A stretch of DNA of 64,000 nt from Narcine bancroftii (GCF_036971445.1 NC_091482.1:5022001-5086000); one strand, 5' to 3'; numbered from the stretch's first letter, positions 50,295 to 62,342 are shown. Numbers and translations: made by a program. The notes: generated by a model from the letters alone, not told the origin.

Positions 50295-51844
50295 TCAATG
50301 CAAAAGAACATGCTGTAACCATATTATTCAATCCAAATTCATTCATTATTTTTACATATTCTTAAACTCACAATGACATGAGGAAGGTGTTGTTGCCTGG
50401 AACTGCCAGCAACTGCAAAAAGTTATTTGCAGGACAATGAATCAAAATCTTGGAACTCCCTCCTTATCAGTTCTATAGGAGCACTTCACCACAGGAAATG
50501 CAGTTGCCACGATCACCTTTTCCATTAGAAATGATGTGTTTGTTTCATCAGTGATACTTGCATTCCACACACTAATTAACACGAGGAGTGATCAGTTCAA
50601 AATAAATACCACCAGTTGCCAACTTCACATCCTTTCACAGGCCATGTCAAATATAGTAAAACTCTGATACTTGGTGCCCTTGGGGATGGTCGATGTAGGA
50701 CTCGTGCATTTTCAGTTGCTTGAGATTGTGTGCAAACTAATGGTGAGGAGCTCCAATTTTAAACTTCCATATTTTGAACCTACTTATTTTCCACAATTTT
50801 TTTGCCAGTTGTTTGAATTTCAAATAAGTCTTTCTGTACATTTTTTTTTTCTTTTCGCTAGTTTAGCTTAATCTGCCCTGACATTAAAGTCCCTTATTGT
50901 GGGATTTAGAACATGATCTCACATTGATGAATCATTAAAGCAGATCATTGACTTCACTGTTTCTCCTTCATTGAGTATTATGGGATAAATTGTGCAATCT
51001 CAGTGCACATTTTCTAACTCATCCAAACCTGTCCTTATTCCACTAGGTGGCAGGCCACTCCAGCAATCACTCAAAAGAAAGAGTTTTGAGAGAAAGTCTT
51101 CTCCATCACCTATATACCGGACTCTTTGAAAGTAATCTTACTTTATCCAGATTCAAAAATGATGGATCAGATTCTCTCTCAGTTATTTACCTTCAAATTA
51201 CAAGAGAATCTACTTATCGTCTCAGCTTTGAACTTTGATTTTTCATTTTCTAGCAGGTTTGATGTCTACATCCTTTTGTGTGCAGATGTCACAACTAAGA
51301 ACTGCAAGTGATGTCACCAGTATAGTTTACAGCCATTTTCAATTAAAAAATCCATGTAATACAAATTTTTAATCAAGGGGGCTTCATCCTTCACCACCCA
51401 TCATTTTGGCAACTCTGGTTACAAAGTTCAAGAAAGACGTCCTTCGTCTTGTCCATCCATCCCTCTGCCATTCAAAATTATTTGTCCAAGTTCTGGTAAA
51501 GTGTCTGACTGGAACTGTCACAACAGTTTTTCTCTCTCTCTCTGGAGATACTTCCTGATCTAAGCATTAATAACATTTTGTTTTTATTTAAAATGTTCTC
51601 TCACTTTACCATAAAGGAGCAACTAGTTTTCAAGGCAAAAACTAATCTTTGCCCTCTCTCACCTCGCAACTTTTACAATAAATGATAATTCAGCACAGAA
51701 ATGTTTGATTAAAATTGTGGAGATTTAAATTGCACTTCCCAAATTTTCTGTGCAATTCTGCCTTTCGGAAAAATCACGACACCTGATGTAAATGAAAATG
51801 CGTTGAAGTAAGTGTGGATTATCATATGACAAGAGAAAAATAAC

Positions 51845-51979
51845 CTGATGCTGTTCATTGACAATTTCTTGCATTTGCACAAGTTTGATCTCAAGTGATT
51901 CAACATGTTGCCTCAGTGCATTCAGCTCCCTCTGGTAAATGCGAGAAGGATACAGAGTGTCCTTTATTAATTCCAGTCC
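51845..51979 (-). CDS. PRR11: PRR11 coding exon 3
   Basis: GLELIKDTLYPSRIYQRELNALRQHVESLEIKLVQMQEIVNEQHQ versus human SLEVLKDTIFPSRICHREL. Phase 0/0. Confidence 0.93.
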
Positions 51980-54498
51980 CTGTAAATGCAAAGGAAACCA
52001 ATCAATTTTTCTAATTCTGCCCCTCCTGATTCATTTGGCAAGTCACATGTAACCAAGTCTAGATTAAAAAGGCTTTAGGTCAGAATTGTCAAGTAGTATA
52101 ATTTCCAAGTTAACAAGATCTCTTCCACTTTTCAGATTTTTGTAAGACTTTTCACAAGGTCCTTCAGGACATGGCAAGAAAATAAAAATTATGGGATCCA
52201 AGGGAAAGGAAAACTGGCTTCAAAACTGACTTAGGAGTAGCTTATCTATCAATCCCTCAATTTTAAAAATCAGTAATCAAAGACAATTGTGAGACTGTCT
52301 AAGATACTGTATTTAATGGAGGCCTTAAGAAATATCGCACTGCATCACAGAAATCATTTCCAAAGTAAAGAACTTTATATCAATATTGACAATTTGTGTG
52401 CAAAACTTTAATTTTCAGTGACATCTTATTATGCCTCTCAGAATTGCCTCGTGTTTGAAAAATAATGCAGCAATGCTTTCGTATGGGGAACAATCACAAC
52501 ACCTGCATAAATAGAGTATGTAGAATAACAGAATGAACAGGAGACTATAACCACAGATCCTTCAAAGGTAATCAATAAGTTGAAGAATAGGAATGCTTTC
52601 CTTTATTAGTAAAGGCATAGAATTAAAGAGTGGGAAGGGTATACAAGGACTGTTACAGCACTATCTGGAACTTGGGTTGAATCTATAAAACTGCCACATA
52701 TTATAGGAAGAATTTCACGAGAAGAACAGACTAGATTTATGAAAATGTTGCCAGTATTTTCTTTGGGATAGAGAAAATACTGAATTGAAGGTCTATAAAT
52801 TATAAAAGACCCCAATCAAATAAATGGCAAGAATTATTTCCATTAGCAGGAGGATCATAAACCAAGGAACATGGATCCAAGAGTAATTCACAAACGGGGA
52901 CAGGGGAGCCAAGGAAAAATGTCTTCAGCCTGTTTCTGTCCACAAGCGTGTATCAGGGAAAATATTTATTAACAGGTTTTAGACTGATAAACTTTTCTTC
53001 ATCAAGGCATCTTTATGGCTGGACATTAGATGTGTCTTTATTTCACAAATAAGATGCAAGGTGGTACAATCAGAAGGAAGACTGCATCAATCAAATTATC
53101 ACTGGTGTGTTCTTTGATTTATAAAGAGGGCCCAAAGAGAAAGAAGGCACATATTGCAGAGTGACAGACACAACATTCAGAGTGTTCTTTGCGATGAGTT
53201 CTGGCCAAGAGTTAAATGTTACATTTAAAGGGTTTCTTGCAAAAGGAATGAAGACGGCATTGACCATTTGCGTAAGGAGTGTAGTTACAGGTGACTCAAG
53301 GAGTCGTGTCGGATACAGGCTGCTGGTGACTGCAGTCAAAGGACTCACACCCTGCTGCAGACTGGCTGAAGGAGTACCAGGTATCAGAACCAGATGTAAA
53401 AGGGTGCTGAATGTTTCCAGATTGTGTTTGAAGCGTGCATCTGTAGCTTAGGTTGCTGATGGTTTGAACTGTGGAGTGCTGGAGGTGAAGACAAGGACCC
53501 TGGGAGACTCTCATTTGCTTCTCTTTCTCTGGCTGTAAGGAGCACTTGGCAATTTTTGCTGATAGTGAAACTTTGCCTTATGATAGTCAAAAGGAAATTT
53601 TGTGTAATATTTTCTGCTTTATTACATGACAATGAAATAATCTTGAATCTCTAAGAGTTCAGAGTGGAAGATGCATGATACAAAAGTCATGGTTAAGTTT
53701 AATATTTTTAAAATATAAAGTTAAAAGTTGTGATGTTTCATAAGCCTCAACTGATTTACCCCATTCTATTCAAGAGAAATTTGGACTAATTGTAGAAGCC
53801 ATCATTTTCTTTTTAAAAAAAAATATTTATTGTGACCTTGAAGCCTACGGACCAAGTTGCAAGAGATGGAATTTTACCAGGACAGGCATTGAGCTGAATA
53901 GCCTCTGATGTTGTAGATTTCTACAATTCTATTGATCAGGATATGATGATCACCAAATCACTGGGTGGCAAGGTTGACATAGCGCCAGCTTTTGGGACCT
54001 GGATTCAAATCCCACGCTGTCCTACCGTTTGAAATGTACCGAGGGTGGGGGTTAGGTTAATTGGGTTAGACCTGTGGGCTAAATGGCCCTGGTAACACGT
54101 CTCATATCTAAATTTAAAAATTTTTTTTTTTTAAATGCATGCACTTATGCCAAATGATTAGATTTGAGCTCAGGGACAATGGCTAGTTCATCTGCTTGAA
54201 GAGGAAATTATGGAGTGCTGGCGATTAGGATTTGGGTTTGAGAAGGGTGGCAGAAGAGGTGGGTGAGGAATGCATGGAGACAGGATAAAGCTCTACCTTA
54301 GATGATTTATGCTCATACATTAGAATGATTTATAGACTAGCTGCTGGGGCATAACAGTAATTGTGCAGACAAGCAAATTATGGGATTTGTAAACATCTTC
54401 ATCATCAGGGTCAGCTCTATCAAATCTGTGTAAGGAATATTACTGTAATATTTTGGGTTTTAATGCTTTCACCCCTCCTCAAATCAAACAACTGATTA

Positions 54499-55127
54499 TA
54501 CTGGACAACAAAAATATTGCTTTGTGAACACTTTGGGTGTATTTTATGGAATTTGGGTTTCTGATCACGAAAATCACCTTAAAAATTTTTCACATACACT
54601 TTTTTTTATATAAAAGATTTAACCTATTTTTTTGTGATTTCCTTTTATATTCCAAGTCTAATTCAAGCAGTCAAAATCAAAGTGTAACATGTCATTGAAA
54701 AATCATTTTCTGCATTTGCACTTGGACGTCTTCCCTGCTGATCTTGGTGCAGTCAGTGAGAAACACTGTGAAAGATTTCACTGGGACATTGCAACCAAGG
54801 AAAAGTGGCATCAGGGCAACTGGAATCCATCAATGGTGACTGACCATCGTTGGTCATGGACACGAGAGGCATCAGATGTGGAGTACAATGAAAATCAACA
54901 GCAAAACATTTTTAGGTCAGTTGAACAAACCCAATGTGTCAGCGTCATTATGCAATGAAACATGCTAAATTCTATAAAAGGTCATTGAATGTTTCTCCAA
55001 CTTCCGATGTGATACAGAAAATCTGAAAGTATTGATGTGCTCATCTTGAAATTGTCCATCATAATCCCCAATTTTTTATTTTTTTTTTTCATGATGCGAA
55101 CCTTTTGAAAACATTTGTTGTCCAGTG
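54499..55127 (+). mobile_element. Chapaev3-like DNA transposon, internally deleted
   Basis: MSLKNHFLHLHLDVFPADLGAVSEKHCERFHWDI...QGNWNPSM transposase C-terminus, TIRs (T)ACTGGACAACAAA / TTTGTTGTCCAGTG, TTA TSD on both sides. Confidence 0.8.
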
Positions 55128-55340
55128 TTACCTGTCATTGTCAGGTTTGCAAGAACCAGATTAAAAATAGTACTGGAGAACACAACATTAATTCCCAGTT
55201 TGTAGGTTATTTACAAAGACAGTACATTAAAAAAAATCACAATAGAAAATTATTGCACAAAACCAATTTGTTGGACAAAAGACTGGTTATCAAGTGTGAT
55301 AACTTTTACTGATTGAATTAGAGAATATTAGAATTTATAC

Positions 55341-55494
55341 CTGCTTGATGTTCCTTAGCCACCAGGAATACATGGAGTACACAACAGTCTTAAGAGGATT
55401 CAACAAATTCTTTACATTCACCAAAGAAAAGGGTCCAACAGGAACAGATTCATTCAGGAAGGAGTTGCTGCTATTAGTTGCGATTATGTCCTTT
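55341..55494 (-). CDS. PRR11: PRR11 coding exon 2
   Basis: (E)KDIIATNSS...NVKNLLNPLKTVVYSMYSWWLRNIKQ versus human VWSIYSWCQNCITQ. Phase 2 in, phase 0 out. Confidence 0.85.
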
Positions 55495-55623
55495 CTGGAT
55501 TTGAAGATAATACAAGCGAACCACAGAGAATATGAAAGTTAATTATGTAGCATAACAAACAAATGTCAAGTACTGTAACAAATGGTAGCAGAAGACTTGA
55601 AAGATCCTGCATGGTCCAATTAA

Positions 55624-55850
55624 TACAGTGAAAACCCCTGGTATCCAGTACCTATGGGGATTAGTAGATGCCGTATGAGTGAACTTCCTGGTTGCTTGCG
55701 ATTGCACGTTACGTGATTGGTGAACTAATGAGGCACACCCATTTTAAAGTTCTGTATTTTTTTTATAAAAAGAAATTTATTTTCTGCACTTAGCCGGTTG
55801 CTTAAGGCTGCCAGCTGCTTGAATTCCAGATAACAGGAGTTTTACTGCAG
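55624..55850. mobile_element. Tc1/mariner (Tigger-like) MITE
   Basis: TACAGTGAAAACCCCTGGTATCC / AGATAACAGGAGTTTTACTG inverted ends. Confidence 0.55.
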
Positions 55851-56869
55851 TTACATTTAGATAAATTAGCAATATAGTACCCTTCACAACTTTGGGATAC
55901 CTCTAAACACTTCAACAATGAAGCAATATAGAAAATGCAACCATTCATTTCTAACAAGATGTCAGAAGCAGAAAAGAACAGTGACCTTTCATTTCCATCC
56001 CCCCATCCAATCTTGCTTTAAATATCTATTTAAATCTGCATTAAACACTAAAGATTGTTCTTTGGAGTAAAAATTCATGGCACTCAAAATAAAATCAATG
56101 CACTTTAAATGATTGACTCCTTATTTTAAACAGTGAACCCTATTTCTAAATTGTTCCACAAAGACATATCCTCACCATATCCACTGTCAGAACTCAGGAT
56201 CTTGCATGCTTCAATCAAGTCGCTTAGCCTATCTAACCTTTCATCACACAATATCCATCCATTCTAGGTATTAATCTAGTAAGCCTTCTCTGAACTGCTT
56301 CCAATGTATTATCACCCTTGCTCAAATAAGGATACTCATGCAGTACATGGTATTCTAGATTTGGTCTAACAAATGCCCCATGTAACTGAAGCACAAGTTC
56401 ACGAATTTTGTATTCAATGACCCTATTAATAAATTATCATTTAGTGATAGCTTTTCTAATTACTTGCAGGATAACGATATGGAGTGTAGTCCTATTTCAC
56501 ACTGTGCCGATTTGACAAAGTGCTTCAGTCATACAGTCTGAACATTGTTAGATATGTACACATCTGTTTCAATTGTCATGTCAAGAATCTGCAACAAATG
56601 CTTGTGCTATGTACTGCTATGCTGAGAATCAAGGTGCAAACTTCTCATTTACTGCCCTTCCTTCGCAATGAATCACTTCAAAGTTCAGCATGGAGGGGCT
56701 GCCTTTGAAGGCTGTTGTTTGGCAGGCTTAGGCAAGCAGTCACTGGAATAGGGAGTTCAGGGATGTGCAGGCTTTTATTTTGACTACACCATGATCAATG
56801 GATCATTTTTATCCTATTGTCCCTGTCAAAACCTCCTGTTGGATGTTATGGAAACCGCTTTTTCCTTAT

Positions 56870-57275
56870 CATTAGGCAAGCTTCGCTGAGCTTCTTCGTT
56901 CTGTCTGCATCAGGAACACGGATCTCCCAGTCGCCAACAATGGACTGACAGGTCTGTCCATGGCCTCATGTACTGTCAAAGCAAGACTACCCAAAAATTG
57001 GATGAGCAACAACTAATTTTCCATCTGGGAACTCTCCAACCAGATGGCATTAACATCAACTTCTCCAGTTTCTGCTTGCCTACTCACCGTTCTCCCTCTC
57101 TTCCCCATCCCTGTGTCTTCTTTCCTCTAGCTCTCCATTCACAAACCCTTTGGTTTGAGCCCCTGCTCATACCTTGATGAATGGCTTAAGCCTAAAACAT
57201 TGATTATGTATCTTTATCTTTGCTATACGAAATACTGTTTGACATGCTGAGTTTCACCAACATTGTGTTTTCACT
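56870..57275 (+). mobile_element. Penelope-like element 3' fragment with degenerate hammerhead-like motif
   Basis: KLDEQQLIFHLGTLQPDGININF. ACCTTGATGAATGGCTTAAGCCTAAAACATTG at 57171-57202. Confidence 0.75.
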
Positions 57276-57482
57276 TTCCTCATCTTTGTTTAGCTACGTA
57301 ACTCTCCCCAGGGCAGAGGCTTCTGTATAGAAATAAACTCAATGGCTAGTAACCATCATGGAGAATGTTACCAATGTACACTGTTTGACCTGCTGAGTTT
57401 CTCCAGCATAGTGGTGTTACTTCAGGTAATCCAGAGTTATTTTGAAAGGTGAGCACTGGTTAATAGCCGAAGAGTGACTTAC

Positions 57483-57628
57483 TCTGATGTTTGGCAAGTA
57501 GTTGGCTTTGGCTTGCAGGTGTGTTGCTCTGCTGGCTGTTGTCGCTTATTGTTACTTCGTCCCTTCTTCATTCCTTGCCATTTTCTCATGAGCTTCCATT
57601 TTCTGCGACACTGATTCAGCTTGGACAT
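57483..57628 (-). CDS. PRR11: PRR11 first coding exon (exon 2 of the transcript)
   Basis: MSKLNQCRRKWKLMRKWQG... versus human MPKFKQRRRKLK. Acceptor TTTCTCCGCAG 2 nt before ATG, GTAAGT donor in phase 2. All 9 coding exons join in frame to 383 aa. Confidence 0.85.
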
Positions 57629-58159
57629 AGCTGCGGAGAAATAAAAAGGTATTCAGAAACTTTATTTAATCTAAGCAGGAAAAAGCAAACTCTCACTGTT
57701 CTGAAACACTCCACCAGAAGAAAGCATTATTGATCAAGAATGTAGTATGGAATTTTCTATTTCAGTTACCTTCCTAATTATTCTTTGGACCAACATTAAA
57801 AAATAGGCACAGGAGTAGATCATCTGGCCCATTGAGCCTGCTCAGCCATTCAATGAGATCATGACTGAAAAGTCACTATTATATAAAAAAAAATCAGGTG
57901 GAAGCTACCAACAATAAAAGGAAGTCCTGGCAGAATTCAGGATGCAGAAAGGCCAACGAGCTGGTAGAAAAAAAGGTTAGGGAAAAAGTTAAGGGCGAGG
58001 TCATAGAACTGGGGTGGTAAACCGCAGCTTGCAAGCCACGTGTGCTGTATAATTGACATATAATGTGCAGCTCGTGGGAAAAAATTGGGTGACACGGGAA
58101 CTCTATGAGGCAGTGCTCACAATGGTTATGCAAGTGGGCTTGGCTGATGATTGAAATTA

Positions 58160-58380
58160 CATACAGTAACAGACCATTTCAGATCACAGGTCCATACCAC
58201 CCAATTTACACCCCATTAATCTACATACCTGGTACTTTTTGTTTGAACGGTGGGAGGCAACCAGAGCCCCCGGCGAAAACCAACGCAGACACAGAGAGAA
58301 CTTAACTACTTACAACGTGGTACTCGACCCTGATCACCGGCACTGCAAAGGCGCATCGCTACACCAACCGTGCCACGGTG
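58160..58380 (-). mobile_element. tRNA-derived SINE
   Basis: Reverse complement of the GGCACGGTTGGTGTAGCG head family. Confidence 0.65.
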
Positions 58381-58975
58381 CAGGTGTCAATTCCCCTGTT
58401 TCTGGCGATCGCCGTCCACCCACGGGAGCTCCCGACGCCCCGGCCGCAGACTCGCGCCCGCCAGAGCTCCCAAATAACCACAGGCAATCACCACAGTAAA
58501 AAAGTGGTATGTATGCAATTTTACCCTAAAAATTGGGCTATTAAATTTGAGGTTTAAAAAAGATAGACATGAATACCATTCCATACATGCATTTCTTAAC
58601 ATTTTGAAACAAAATACGCACGGAAGAGTTGAAAAAAAAGGGAATTTCGTGACTTGCTCATGGCAATAAATCCCGGTTTTTGTTTGCAGTGTCTTCCCCC
58701 CACCCCCAACCCTAACCCTCAGACATCTGAAGTTTATGGTTCTGAGCAAGTTCGGCCAGTCCTGGTGAAGGATAAGGACAGAAGGACGATGTTAATACCT
58801 CCACAACAGTCAGCATCCCTCATGCTGAGGTACAACAGGCCAGAGGGGGAATACCTGCCGAGCGGACAATCAATAACTGCAGACACCATTAGGAACCACA
58901 TCGTCCATAAACACTCGACGAGCTCAAGTGAAGAGAGAGGGGGGCAAAAAAAATCTCTCCCTCCCGCCAACTCAC

Positions 58976-59005
58976 CTCAGATAAACTGAACGACGACGCC
59001 AGTTT
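58976..59005 (-). other. PRR11: Probable non-coding exon 1 of PRR11 (5' end approximate)
   Basis: Strong GAG|GTGAGT donor at 58976/58975, just downstream of the CCAAT cluster. Confidence 0.6.
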
Positions 59006-59387
59006 AAAATTAAACACGCGCATTCACCGGCCAATCGGAGCCGAGACCTTCATGAGCCGATTGACCAATCAGAAGAGCCTCGCTGCGATTCCACAAATGG
59101 GAGAACCACCGGGCTGGCCGCCTCGCCGTTTCGAGCCAATCCACGACGGCTTTTCTTCTCCCACTCCAACCGCGAGCGTCCAATTGAGAAGGCGGCGTAC
59201 TTGCCCCTGTTCGTCCAATCGCCAAGCCTGTTGCATTCCTCAGCGAGCCAATCAAGATCGGAATTTGCTTCCCCCCACCAACCGGAAAACCGAACCTGCC
59301 TCCGGACGGTCGAATCAGAAGGCACGATACATCTCGGCGGAAAAGGGCCCCTTTATCGGTTCGCCTTCGGAATGTAAACTATTCAAT
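59000..59387. promoter_or_regulatory. Bidirectional PRR11/SKA2 promoter with six CCAAT (NF-Y) boxes and a CHR-like TTTAAA
   Basis: CCAAT at 59031, 59065, 59136, 59180, 59215 and 59248. TTTAAA at 59003-59008. CpG-rich, between head-to-head genes. Confidence 0.85.
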
Positions 59388-59420
59388 ATGGAGACCGCGG
59401 TCAACAAGCTGGCAGGGATG
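59388..59420 (+). CDS. SKA2: SKA2 (spindle and kinetochore associated complex subunit 2) coding exon 1
   Basis: METAVNKLAGM|GTGAGC versus human MEAEVDKLELM. 11-codon first exon, head-to-head with PRR11 as in mammals. Confidence 0.85.
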
Positions 59421-59779
59421 GTGAGCGAGATTTTTTTTAATTCCAAAAAAAAATTATTTCATGCCAGAAACGAGTTTTAGGCAGGCGAAACGCGTTTTGG
59501 CGTGGAGAGTGAGACCTCGCGGTCGTAGGAAAAAAACTTAAAAAAAAATCCGCGCGCGCGCAGCGGGTGTATTTTATCGGCGAAAAACTTTAATTTGTTT
59601 GGAAGCTCTGTCCTGATTTGCATCCGGGTAATCGGGAGGGGGGGGGGTGCAAAAAATGGCGGGATTGCCAGCTCTGACGGGAGAATCTTTTCCCCACGCG
59701 GGGATGGCTTGGGGGAGAGTCAGTTTGTCGGGGAGGTTGCTGTAATAAAATAACAGGGATGCTGTGGTGAACGTGAGGG

Positions 59780-60301
59780 AAGGAAGGCCGCGGCATTCCG
59801 GCGTCGTCGCGCCTGTTTTCATTCGTCTTCAACGCCCCTCCCCCCTCCTCCTCCTCCTGCGCCCCGGGCGCGCTCGAGCCCGGCGCCGCTTGACAGTTGG
59901 GATGACGTCGTGACGTGTGCGTGCGCGCTCGCGCCTTTCACCGCGCCCCTCCGCCGGCGCTGTCGCTCGCTGGACGGCCGGCAGCTGCTGCGGGGCGGGC
60001 GCTCAGGGCGAATTCTTGGTCGGCGTTCTTCCTTCCTGTTGGAAAACCAACGCTGTCTCTGTGTGCACGAGTAACCGCTCCTGGTGCCAAATTCCCTCCC
60101 CAACTGGACAGGGAAGCTGAGGTGCGCGCCCCCGACGGGATAGGACATTATTGTAGTGGCTGTGTGCTGTCACCGCATGTTTGCAGCATGTTTCAATGAA
60201 AGACTTTTTTTCATTGCACTAGTCCTTGCGAATCATACCAAAAAGTACTTCATGACCTTAAAAATGTTGATTTAGCAAGGGGCCTGTCTGTTGGAAATAT
60301 G
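59780..60301 (+). promoter_or_regulatory. Second CpG island with tandem CRE-like sites and a candidate alternative first exon ending ATG|GTAAGT
   Basis: TGACGTCGTGACGT at 59903-59916, GC boxes, consensus donor at 60302. Confidence 0.5.
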
Positions 60302-60366
60302 GTAAGTAAAAACACGATGCTGGAGAAACTCAGCAGGTCAAACAGTGGACTTTATAGAGCAAAGAT

Positions 60367-61067
60367 AAAGATGCTTAACCAACGTTTCGGGCTTGAGCCC
60401 TTCATCAAGGTATAAAGATGCTTAACCAATGTTTTGGGCTTGAGCCTTTCATCAAGGTATAAAGATGCTTAACCAATGTTTCGGGCTTGAGCCCTTCATC
60501 AAGGTATAAAGATCCATTACCAATGTTTCGGGCTTGAGCCCTTCATCAAGGTATAAAGATGCTTAACCAATGTTTTGGGCTTGAGCCTTTCATCAAGGTA
60601 TAAAGATGCTTAACCAATGTTTCAGGCTTGAGCCCTTCATCAAGGTATAAAGATCCATTACCAATGTTTCGGGCTTGAGCCCTTCATCAAGGTATAAAGA
60701 TGCATTTCCAATGTTTCGGGCTTGAGCCCTTCATCAAGGTATAAAGATGCATTACCAATGTTTCGGGCTTGAGCCCTTCATCAAGGTATAAAGATGCATT
60801 TCCAATGTTTTAGGCTTGAGCCCTTCATCAAGGTATAAAGATGCTTAACCAATGTTTTGGACTTGAGCTTTTCATCAAGATATAAAGATGCTTAACCAAT
60901 GTTTTGGACTTGAGCCTTTCATCAAGGTATAAAGATGCTTAACCAATGTTTTGGGCTTGAGCCCTTCATCAAGGTATAAAGATTCATTACCAATGTTTCG
61001 GGCTTGAGCCCTTCAAGGTATAAAGATCCATTATCAATGTTTCGGGCTTGAGCCCTTCATCAAGGTA
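60367..61067 (-). repeat. 15 x 47-bp tandem array of Penelope-derived minimal hammerhead-like motifs
   Basis: Unit on + is AAAGATGCTTAACCAAYGTTTCGGGCTTGAGCCCTTCATCAAGGTAT; on - it reads ATACC-TTGATGA-A-GGGC-TCAA-GCCC-GAAA-CRTT-GGT. It is preceded by the PLE terminal motif at 60308-60366. Confidence 0.9.
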
Positions 61068-61949
61068 AGATTTCTCCAGCATTTTTAAAATTTCAACCAG
61101 ACTTTCATGCTTTACTATTGAAAATGAGAAGTCTTGGCTTGCCCATTTTAGCTTTGAATAAATTAAATATTCTTGGTTTATTGTGCTCTTCAATTTTAAG
61201 GAAACAAGATTACCTTCAAACCTTTGGACGGAACTGTTCCTGCCATGTAAGGGAGCGGCTTGAATTTTCATAATCAGTTTTAGACTAATTATTTTAGCCC
61301 AAATTATTTAAAATCCTTGCTCCAGGTAAAAGTGTCCAGCTGTCAAAAATCTTTTATTTGTGAATTACTTTGAAAATAAGCTTCATACGGATTGTTCTAC
61401 AGCTGGTGTTTAATTTTAAATTTTAGGGGTTATTTTGGAAATTGAATGTCAGGCCTTGGGTTCAGTCTTTAAGAAACACTGAATCTGAGCAATGATTCAT
61501 AACTTAATGTGCTACATACTCTTAACCTTAAAAAAAAATGGTTCTGTGTGGACTGCCTTGATTGGCTGTGTATAGTTGAGTAATTGAGGTGTTGGAGAAA
61601 TCCTTTACATGGGTGTGGATGTTTCTGCTTTCTGTACTTGTCTTTGACTTGGATGTTGTTAAGCAATATTTTTCTGGATAACTGATAAGTTCTTGAAAAT
61701 TGTTTTGAGGTAATGGTAAACAAACCTATGACCATCTGTAAAGAAAGCTAACTTTATTTTTTGCTAATTTGTGGGGAAACAAATACATTTTCTAAAATGA
61801 AAGAGGTTTCATATTGGTGGGGTGTCACATTCTTCTGTGTTATTTTTGGAGCATGGATTTCTATGAGTAATATTTCAGTTTGACATAATTGAGCTATAAC
61901 TGTTGATTTTGAAGTGCTTGTATCCTAACTTTGTAAAACAGATATATCA

Positions 61950-62205
61950 CCATATACAGCACAGAACAGGCCAGTTTGGCCCTACTAGTCCATGCCAGAA
62001 CAAATCCCCAACCTTCTCGTCCCACTGACCAGCACCTGGTCCATACCCCTCCAATCCTCTCCCCTCCATATAATTATCCAGTCTTTCCTTAAATGTCAAT
62101 AATGTCCTTGCTTCAACCACCTCTGCTGGAAGCTTATTCCACATCCCAACCACCCTTTGCGTGAAGAAATTTTCCCCCTGCAATCTCAAACCATGGCCTC
62201 TGGTT
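61950..62205 (-). mobile_element. CR1-like LINE 3' end
   Basis: TRGHGLRL..ENFFTQRVVGMWNKLPAEVVEARTLLTFKERLDNYM. Confidence 0.75.
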
Positions 62206-62342
62206 TCTACATTCTTATTTAATAAATTAAATACATGCAAATAGTTGGGAGAACAGGATGTAATCAGGTTCACTGTGGCCATAACAACTGATGAAAACCT
62301 GCTTGCATTTTATAAAATAAAGATATAACATGATATAATATC

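Noticed and set aside
60367-61067. CRISPR-like appearance (regular repeats containing a hairpin)
   Set aside because: There are no unique spacers and no cas genes, the context is eukaryotic, and the whole unit is repeated head to tail.
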